The position numbers and the translations under genes were made by a program. The notes beneath the pieces are model-generated. The model was not told the origin of the DNA. It did no database searches and was given only the letters and a program-made list of their open reading frames with translations. Positions 7,431-14,119 of a stretch of DNA of 16,307 bases are shown piece by piece. Every line of letters begins with the position of its first letter. The stretch's first letter is position 1. Source of the DNA: Candidatus Micrarchaeia archaeon (GTDB lineage Archaea; Micrarchaeota; Micrarchaeia; Micrarchaeales; Micrarchaeaceae); NCBI GenBank assembly GCA_049964795.1, contig JBMFWY010000015.1:1-16307 (forward strand). The letters run 5' to 3'.

Positions 7431-8627
7431 TCATTCCAGTGCGTAGTATGCCACAGTCTTCCTGATCGTCTCATTCTCTGCCTTTCCCAGCTCCGCCTTT
7501 TTGTAAAGCTTTGCTACGCTTTTTGGATCCGAGCCTGTTTTTGGGTTCCTGCTGCTTATGGAGCAAACATCCCTGTATGGCATAATCGAGAGCTCGTAGG
7601 TGCCTATGCTTTTTGCAAGCCCTATTATCTCGTTTTTGTCAAACCCTATGAGAGGCCTTATTATAAGGAGCTTTATCCCTGCGCTGCTGGAGCTTAGGTT
7701 TGGAAGGGTTTGCGAAGCTACCTGGCCCAAGCTGTCTCCGGTAACTATCGCTCCCGCTTTCTCCTTTTTTGCTATCCTTTCCGCAATCCTGTAAAGGAAT
7801 CTTTTGAAAAGCACCAACTCGTACCTGCTCCTTTCCTGCGCTGCGTAAGAAAGAAATATGTGGCCAGGCGCGTAGTAAGTTTTTACGGCTTTCGGCTCTG
7901 AAGAGCGTTCTGCAAGAACCTTTATTATGCCTTTTATCTTTTCATCTTTTCTTGCCTCCTCGCCGTTTGGAAATGCATGCACATGCAGAAAAACAGGCTC
8001 AAGCCCCCTCTTCATTGCAAAGTAAGCCGAGACCGGCGAATCTATGCCTCCAGAGAGCAGTATTACTGCCTTTCCGGAAGACCCTACGGGAAGGCCTCCA
8101 GGTCCTTCAATTTTCTCTTTTGTCACGAAGCAACCCTCTTTCGCAACGTTTGCAAAAAGCAGGTTTTTGGATTTCTTGTCGGGAACCACGCCGTTTTTCA
8201 TCGCAGCCTGTATGAACCTACCTACTATTTCCTCGGAATCAAAGCCCACTTTTTTGTAGCTTCTTTTGGCGATTACCTTAACGCTTTCCAGGCCTTTCGA
8301 GAACTCTAGCAAGGCACCTATTATTGCATCCATGTCATTCCTTACTATCTTTGCCGGCGCAAACCACGCAATGCCAAATACCTGCTTAAGCCTGCTTTCT
8401 ATGCTTTCCAAGTCGGATTTGCCGCTCAGGCGAAGCACCAGCCTGTCGTAGCCGTTCTCAAGCTTTTCATACTCCTCTCCTTCAAGCGCATTCTCTACGT
8501 TTTTATAAAGCTTCCAGACGAAGCGCCCTCTATTCCCGCCTTTAACACCTATCTCGCCATAGTGTATGACTACAGCATCGTACACGCTTTCCTTACTTTC
8601 ATCAATCATTTCAATGCTTTTGCCCAT
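7431..8627 (-). CDS. thiI: tRNA 4-thiouridine(8) synthase ThiI (THUMP + PP-loop, no rhodanese domain)
   Basis: HYGEIGVKGGNR, GGLPVGSSGK, PP-loop LSGGIDSPV, TGDSLGQVASQTL, RPLIGFDKNEII, PYRDVC. Confidence 0.95.
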   Translation of the reverse strand: MGKSIEMIDESKESVYDAVVIHYGEIGVKGGNRGRFVWKLYKNVENALEGEEYEKLENGYDRLVLRLSGKSDLESIESRLKQVFGIAWFAPAKIVRNDMDAIIGALLEFSKGLESVKVIAKRSYKKVGFDSEEIVGRFIQAAMKNGVVPDKKSKNLLFANVAKEGCFVTKEKIEGPGGLPVGSSGKAVILLSGGIDSPVSAYFAMKRGLEPVFLHVHAFPNGEEARKDEKIKGIIKVLAERSSEPKAVKTYYAPGHIFLSYAAQERSRYELVLFKRFLYRIAERIAKKEKAGAIVTGDSLGQVASQTLPNLSSSSAGIKLLIIRPLIGFDKNEIIGLAKSIGTYELSIMPYRDVCSISSRNPKTGSDPKSVAKLYKKAELGKAENETIRKTVAYYALE

Positions 8628-8699
8628 GCGCCTCCCTTTTGCAATCTATGCCTCGCTTGCATTATTAATTGTGCAAGCGCTATTTGGTTGTTGCGTTCC

Positions 8700-8710
8700 A
8701 TTTATATATC
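8700..8710. promoter_or_regulatory. TATA-like box in the divergent thiI/secE intergenic region
   Basis: ATTTATATATC lies about 75 nt from both start codons and can be read on either strand. Confidence 0.4.
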
Positions 8711-8783
8711 TTTTTCATGCATCTAATATAGAAATCATGGCAATAATAAAAACCGCCTAAATGCTAGCTCTACGGTGTTTTGA

Positions 8784-8987
8784 ATGAATCTGAATATAAT
8801 AGCCGCGCTCAAGAATTTTTACAACGATTCAAGAAGGATAATCAGCATAAGCTATAAGCCTTCTGCAGAGGAATTCAACAAAAGCGCAAGGATAATACTT
8901 TTTGGCATACTTCTCATAGGGGTTCTAGGACTTGTAATCGCAATTATCATCTCTTTGGTAATAACAGGCACGCTTTCCTTAATATAG
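8784..8987 (+). CDS. secE: Protein translocase subunit SecE (Sec61-gamma)
   Basis: Amphipathic helix, then RRIISISYKPSAEEFNKSARI (the KPxxxEF hinge), then a single TM segment GILLIGVLGLVI. Confidence 0.92.
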   Translation: MNLNIIAALKNFYNDSRRIISISYKPSAEEFNKSARIILFGILLIGVLGLVIAIIISLVITGTLSLI

Positions 8988-9089
8988 CATACAAGAATTA
9001 AAGCCCGCTTTCCGCTTTGACTGACTGGTTGCCATCGTATGCTTTTCTGCGCCAAGGCTTTGGGAGCTGCATACCAATAAGGCGTTTGG

Positions 9090-9893
9090 ATGGAAATAGA
9101 AATAGATTTTACCAAGAGCCCGCAGGAGAATGCCGGGAATTACTATTCAAGGGCGAAGAAGCTGGAGCAGAAGATAGAAGGCATTGAAAAAACCATAGCG
9201 GAATTGCAGTCGAGGCTCGAAAGTGTGCCGCAGCTGCAAGCTGAAGAAGGCAAAAAAACACCAACGCTGAAGCAGCAGAAGAAATGGTATGAAAAGTTCC
9301 ATTGGTTCTTTGCAGAAGGTAATCTGCTTGCTGTTGGCGGTAGAGATGCTCAGCAAAACGAGCTGCTGAATTCGCGCTATTTCGAGAGCTCAGACCTTTT
9401 TTTTCATGCGGACATATTTGGCGCTTCTGTTGTTATACTGAAGGAGGGCTTGCATTCGAGTGCAGAGGCGCGCTTCGAAGTGGCCCAATTCGCCGCGAGC
9501 TATTCGAGCGCATGGAAGTCTGGGATGACAAGCGTTGACGTATATGCTATGAGAAGAGACCAGGTCAGCAAATCAACTGGCAAAGGTTCCCTTGGTACGG
9601 GCAGTTTTCTGTTAAGCGGCGAAAGAGAATGGTTTAGGAATATTTCGCTGGGCTTGGCTGCAGTTGTGGCGGGCGAGCCAGCAAGCCTGAATATCCTGCC
9701 TGAAGCAGCTACAAAACGCTATGCAAGCGCAGCGCATTTTGGAAGAATACTGTTGATAAAGCCAGGAAACTTGAAGAAGTCAGAAGCGGCTAAAAAAATA
9801 TCCAAGCTGCTAGGGTTCAATGATATAGACGAAATAATAAGGCAGCTCCCTGCCGGGGAATTTTCTGTAAGTGATTGGAATACCGAATCCTAA
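9090..9893 (+). CDS. NFACT-R (DUF814) domain protein; C-terminal half of the Rqc2/RqcH/NEMF family
   Basis: IDFTKSPQENAGNYYSRAKKLEQK coiled coil, KKWYEKFHWF, GGRDAQQNE, FFHADIFGAS, AQFAASYSSAW, QVSKS, GSFLLSGEREWF. No NFACT-N or HhH region. Confidence 0.88.
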   Translation: MEIEIDFTKSPQENAGNYYSRAKKLEQKIEGIEKTIAELQSRLESVPQLQAEEGKKTPTLKQQKKWYEKFHWFFAEGNLLAVGGRDAQQNELLNSRYFESSDLFFHADIFGASVVILKEGLHSSAEARFEVAQFAASYSSAWKSGMTSVDVYAMRRDQVSKSTGKGSLGTGSFLLSGEREWFRNISLGLAAVVAGEPASLNILPEAATKRYASAAHFGRILLIKPGNLKKSEAAKKISKLLGFNDIDEIIRQLPAGEFSVSDWNTES

Positions 9894-9994
9894 AAGAAGC
9901 AGCTTGCTCCGTATCTCAGCATATGATCAACGCACACTGCAACGCATTATGGAAGTAAAAAACGCACAGAAAAAGAAGCGCATGAAGAAAAATT

Positions 9995-10026
9995 GGAAAA
10001 GCTGAAAAAAGGAAGAAAAAGAAAAA
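9995..10026 (-). terminator. Oligo-T terminator after rpsJ
   Basis: Several T5-T6 runs on the minus strand start immediately after the rpsJ stop. Confidence 0.5.
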
Positions 10027-10335
10027 TTAGGTAAGGCTTATCTCTATTTGTACTGTATCAGGCACCGGTATCCTGAGTATCTGTCTCAGTGCGTGCTCGC
10101 TCACATCAACTATTTTTATAAGCCTCTTGTGGAACCTCATCTGCCATCTCTCATATGTGTCGCTTCCAGTGCCGCACGGCGTTTTCCTGGTAGTATGCGA
10201 AACAACCCTAGTCGGCAGAGGCACGGGGCCTTTGCACGTTACATTGAGCGACTCTGCTATAGCCTTTATCTGGCGTATTATGCTGTCCGCGTCACTTGCA
10301 CTCAGGCTTACCAGTTTTATAGTTGCTGTTGACAT
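10027..10335 (-). CDS. rpsJ: 30S ribosomal protein uS10
   Basis: KGPVPLPTR, RKTPCGTGSDTYERWQMRFHKRLI (archaeal-type S10). Starts 12 nt downstream of the EF-1alpha stop. Confidence 0.97.
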   Translation of the reverse strand: MSTATIKLVSLSASDADSIIRQIKAIAESLNVTCKGPVPLPTRVVSHTTRKTPCGTGSDTYERWQMRFHKRLIKIVDVSEHALRQILRIPVPDTVQIEISLT

Positions 10336-10347
10336 TCAATCCCTCAT

Positions 10348-11625
10348 TTACTTCTGGTATGGCACTATGTCTATTACCCTTCCCGCGCCTATCGTTTCGC
10401 CCATATCTCTTATTGCGAATCTTCCCAGCTGCGGGAAGTCGCTGTACTTCTCTATTGCTATTGGCTTTGTAGGCTTTATCTTTACTATTGCAGCATCTCC
10501 TGTCTTTATTGTGTCTGGGTTTGTCTCAAGCGTCTGGCCGGTTTTCGGATCTTTCTTCTCAAGTATGTCTGTTATTGTGCATGCAAGCTGCGCAGTGTGT
10601 ATGTGGAATACTGGAGTATAGCCTCTTGCTATTACATTGGGGTGCTGCAGCACAATTATCAAAGCAGTAAACTCCGAAGCCACGCTTGGCGGGTTGCTTA
10701 CCGGTCCTACGACATCTCCCCTCTTTATGTCTTTCTTGTCGACGTTCTTTATATTGAACCCTACATTGTCTCCAGGTATTGCTTGCTGCAAAGACTGGTG
10801 GTGCATTTCTATGCTTTTAACCTCTGTCTTTATGCCTGCTGGCATTATTATTATTTGGTCGTTTGGCTTTAGCACTCCTGTTTCTACTCTTCCTACAGGC
10901 ACTGTCCCAAATCCAGAGATGCTATAGACATCCTCTATTGGCAATCTCAACGGCTTGTCCGTGGGCCTCTTTGGCTCATTAAGCATGTCGAGTGCTTCAA
11001 GAAGTGTTGGGCCAGTGTACCAGCTCATCTTGTCGGATTTTGCCTTTACATTGTCTCCTGACATTGCAGAGTATGGCACAAAAGGCATCTTGTCAAGCCC
11101 CTTGTAGCCCAAAGGTTTTAGTATGTCTGTCATCTGCTTCTTTATCTCCTCATATCTCTGCTTGTCAAAATTTACCGCATCCATCTTGTTTATTCCTATT
11201 ATCATTTGCTCTATGCCGAGGACGTTTGCGAGTATCGCATGTTCCCTTGTTTGCTTTCCTATTCCTTCGCTAGCCCCTATTACAAGTACTGCAGCATCAG
11301 CCTGGCTTGAGCCTGTGATCATGTTCTTTACAAAGTCCCTGTGGCCAGGCGCATCTATGATTGTGAAATAGTATTTTGGAGTCTGGAACTCTTTGTGCGC
11401 TATGTCTATTGTTATACCTCTTTCCCTCTCTTCTTTCTGTGCATCCATTACGAACGCAAATTCGAAGCTGGGCTTGTTGTACTGCTTTGCAAGCTCCTTA
11501 TACTTTTCCATGTCTCTCTCAGATATGGCCCCTGTTTCAAACATAAGCCTTCCTACCGTTGTAGACTTTCCGTGGTCTACGTGCCCGATAAAAATCAAGT
11601 TCAGGTGTGGTTTTTGTACTGCCAT
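10348..11625 (-). CDS. tuf: Translation elongation factor EF-1alpha (aEF1A)
   Basis: [46 protein letters not shown]. The start MAVQKPH at 11625 follows the SD GGTGA. Confidence 0.98.
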   Translation of the reverse strand: MAVQKPHLNLIFIGHVDHGKSTTVGRLMFETGAISERDMEKYKELAKQYNKPSFEFAFVMDAQKEERERGITIDIAHKEFQTPKYYFTIIDAPGHRDFVKNMITGSSQADAAVLVIGASEGIGKQTREHAILANVLGIEQMIIGINKMDAVNFDKQRYEEIKKQMTDILKPLGYKGLDKMPFVPYSAMSGDNVKAKSDKMSWYTGPTLLEALDMLNEPKRPTDKPLRLPIEDVYSISGFGTVPVGRVETGVLKPNDQIIIMPAGIKTEVKSIEMHHQSLQQAIPGDNVGFNIKNVDKKDIKRGDVVGPVSNPPSVASEFTALIIVLQHPNVIARGYTPVFHIHTAQLACTITDILEKKDPKTGQTLETNPDTIKTGDAAIVKIKPTKPIAIEKYSDFPQLGRFAIRDMGETIGAGRVIDIVPYQK

Positions 11626-11660
11626 CAAATTCACCAATCAGCATTATTTGGTTGCATATC

Positions 11661-11685
11661 TTAACATGTTAAACTATTATATACT
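11661..11685 (-). promoter_or_regulatory. Putative tuf promoter: TATA box with adjacent 12-bp palindrome
   Basis: Minus-strand AGTATATAAT (11676-11685), followed downstream by the perfect palindrome TTAACATGTTAA (11661-11672). Confidence 0.45.
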
Positions 11686-12156
11686 TATTTCTTGCGCTTT
11701 ACTGCCTTATTTCTATGCTGCAAAACGCCCGGCAAGCCCAACGCGCTGCAATAGCCTATTCGACTACTATGCAATCGTCAGCAAAGCACATGCGATGGCA
11801 TAAGCTGCCTTTTGTCCTGCCGGACAGTAAAAGCCTCCGCAAGGACCATATTGTATTGTATACAAAACAATTAAATATATTTCTTCGTTCATGCGGATTA
11901 GATGCCAATAAGCCAGCAGACTATTAATGCCGAATACATAGCAATGGTGTCTTGCATTATCTGTGAGAGGATATGCAAGAACAAGCAGTTCTAAGCTAGC
12001 AAGCAAGCTGGCAAGTTGCGGGCAAGCCAAGCACGTTTCGCTCCATAAAAAAGGGCATGCCCTTCCCTCTCCCTTCACAGAAAAATATTTATATTGTTTG
12101 TTTTATAAGTGGTATGACCCCGTTGTATCTCAATTGGGTACGCTTGGTGATATAAT

Positions 12157-12294
12157 ATGCCAAAGACACCAGACTTCTACGAGATGGCGAAGAAGAAAGA
12201 GGAAGACGACGATGACGACGACGACTTCGATGATGATGAAGACCCCGAAGGATCAGAAGATCCTGAAGGAGACGATGACTTCGAAGACGAATAA
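12157..12294 (+). CDS. Hyperacidic 45-aa microprotein
   Basis: MPKTPDFYEMAKKKEEDDDDDDDFDDDEDPEGSEDPEGDDDFEDE** with GGTGAT SD at 12146-12151, TATA-like TTTTATAA at 12101-12108, double TAA stop and an oligo-T tract after it. Internal repeats differ only at synonymous positions. Confidence 0.75.
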   Translation: MPKTPDFYEMAKKKEEDDDDDDDFDDDEDPEGSEDPEGDDDFEDE

Positions 12295-12305
12295 TAATCG
12301 CTAGG

Positions 12306-12343
12306 TCTTTTTTAATTTTATTTACTTTTGACTTCTCCTTTTT
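12306..12343 (+). terminator. Oligo-T terminator after the acidic microprotein gene
   Basis: TCTTTTTTAATTTTATTTACTTTT lies just after the stop codons. Confidence 0.5.
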
Positions 12344-12377
12344 CGATATTGCATGCAATCGGAGCGTAGCTTTGCCT

Positions 12378-12779
12378 TTATGCTGTATTTTCAGCACCTA
12401 CTATATCCTTTAGCCTCCTGTTAATCTCGTATGCTCTCCTTTTTGTTATCGTGTAATTGGTTTGCGCCTTGGAAAGCTCCTCTATCCTTATAAAAAACCA
12501 GCCTTCGCCATTCAGCCTCCACGCAATGAAAGTTTCCATGCCTGTATTGCTTTCCCACTCCTTAAGAGCCTCAACCTTATCTATAGGTATTGCAACGCTC
12601 GTGCCGTTCCATGCCTTGCACTCGAATGCAAGACCCCTTTTCTCCCTGAAAGCTATGAGGTCCGGGCTTATAGAGTTGACTCCGCTGCCTGCGGATCTCA
12701 TCACTGAAAACTTTCTTTCGTAAAGAAATGCAAGCAGCTCCCTCTCGCTTCTTGCGCCCTTGTTATAACGCTGCACCAT
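12378..12779 (-). CDS. hjc: Holliday junction resolvase Hjc
   Basis: YNKGARSERELL, VMRSAGSG, PDLIA, FECKA: archaeal Hjc catalytic E-D-ExK set. 133 aa. Confidence 0.93.
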   Translation of the reverse strand: MVQRYNKGARSERELLAFLYERKFSVMRSAGSGVNSISPDLIAFREKRGLAFECKAWNGTSVAIPIDKVEALKEWESNTGMETFIAWRLNGEGWFFIRIEELSKAQTNYTITKRRAYEINRRLKDIVGAENTA

Positions 12780-12780
12780 C

Positions 12781-14088
12781 TTACCCCTTTTTATTTTTTA
12801 TGATCTTTGCTTGCTTAACCGTTTGAGCTTTTCCATCGCTCCTGCCTTTTGCGTTATATATTGCAAATATGCTTATAGTAGAAACTATGTTCGTAATAAG
12901 TATAACAATGAAGACCTCATCAAGGAAGCCAGGGATTATTATGCCAAAAGTAAGCGGCAAAGTGGCAATTATTGCAGGAGAGAGCCCTCTGCCTACATTT
13001 GCATAGACTATCCTTCTCTCGAAAGTCCGCTCGTTTTTAAGCTTGTTCATGAATTTGGCAAGAAGGCCCGAGAATATTGCGCGTATTGCAAAAAGAGCAA
13101 GCGCAATCACCGTGCCGATCATGGCTATGTAGAGCAGGCCATTGGCGCTGGTCATTTCGAACAGCATGCCTATGTAGACAAAGAAGAACGTGCTTGCGAA
13201 AAATGTAATCTCCCTCTGGTAATCCTTTATGTGCTTCATATCGCTCTTCTGTATGTAATTTGCTATCGATTTTATCCTGCCCTTTTCAGGTATCTTCAAG
13301 TTTCCTATGTTGGCAAACGTCAATCCGAATACGAAAATGGTTATTAAGCCGTTCATTCCAAATTCCTGCGCTATACCATATGTGGCTATTACCATCGCTA
13401 TTGTAAGCATCCAGCTGTATTCCCTGCTCTGGTCCCTGAACCTATTTAGTATGTATATCCAGAAAAGCGCCGAGATGAAGCCCAAGGCTATGGAAGAAAG
13501 TATTGAGGTTGCAAGCATCGATGCGCCCTGCTCAAAGCTTACATCCTGCGCAGCCATTATGCTAAGCAAAATTATTGGTATTATAAGCTGGAAAGAATCC
13601 GTAGCTATTCCCTCATATAGGAGCGAGATCCTGAGGTCCTTAGGCAGCTTTATGGACTTCACAAGCGTAGGCACTATTATGCTGCTTGGCCCTGATATCG
13701 CAAATCCGAATACAAGCGAAGCCATAAGACTCCAGCCGAATCCGTAATATGCAATTGCAGCGCTTATGAATGCGCTTGCCAAGACAACTATGATCATGAA
13801 GGCCGTAGCCCTTCCAATCACGTTCTTTAAGGAGGCGTAGTCTATGTTGATTCCTACGTCAAAAAGCACGAACGACACAGTGAGCGCAGTTACGTAAGGG
13901 GTGAGCTGGGCTATTGTGCTTCCAGGACCTGAATTCACAAGCTTGAGCAGCGGGCCAACCAATAGACCTATAAGCATAAGAGGCAAGATGCTTGTTATTT
14001 TGAGCTTGTCAAAAAGCGCAGTCACTATGAAGCCTAGGAATACCACGCCAGCGAGGAATACAAATGCAATGTTTACGCTCAGCACCAA
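12781..14088 (-). CDS. Cation:proton antiporter (CPA1/NhaP-like)
   Basis: About 12-13 hydrophobic segments; LMLIGLLVGP, LFDVGINID, LLYEGIATD, FFFVYIGM, GRGLSPAI. Probable start is TTG 14088 or GTG 14085, which avoids overlap with hef. Confidence 0.88.
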   Translation of the reverse strand: MVLSVNIAFVFLAGVVFLGFIVTALFDKLKITSILPLMLIGLLVGPLLKLVNSGPGSTIAQLTPYVTALTVSFVLFDVGINIDYASLKNVIGRATAFMIIVVLASAFISAAIAYYGFGWSLMASLVFGFAISGPSSIIVPTLVKSIKLPKDLRISLLYEGIATDSFQLIIPIILLSIMAAQDVSFEQGASMLATSILSSIALGFISALFWIYILNRFRDQSREYSWMLTIAMVIATYGIAQEFGMNGLITIFVFGLTFANIGNLKIPEKGRIKSIANYIQKSDMKHIKDYQREITFFASTFFFVYIGMLFEMTSANGLLYIAMIGTVIALALFAIRAIFSGLLAKFMNKLKNERTFERRIVYANVGRGLSPAIIATLPLTFGIIIPGFLDEVFIVILITNIVSTISIFAIYNAKGRSDGKAQTVKQAKIIKNKKG

Positions 14089-14119
14089 GTCGCCTAATTT
14101 TGATTGCAACTTCAACCTT

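Noticed and set aside
12205-12291. GAC/GAT trinucleotide run as a microsatellite or CRISPR-like repeat
   Set aside because: Explained by Asp/Glu codons. No repeat-spacer periodicity is present here or elsewhere in the window, and no cas genes were seen.
11715-12397. ORFs 11715..11927, 11767..12078, 11963..12304 (poly-Thr/Met) and 12089..12397 (Arg/His-rich)
   Set aside because: The latter two are alternate readings of the GAY/GAR repeats; the SD, double stop, terminator and synonymous variation all favour the acidic frame 12157..12294. The former two lack protein-like features or start signals.
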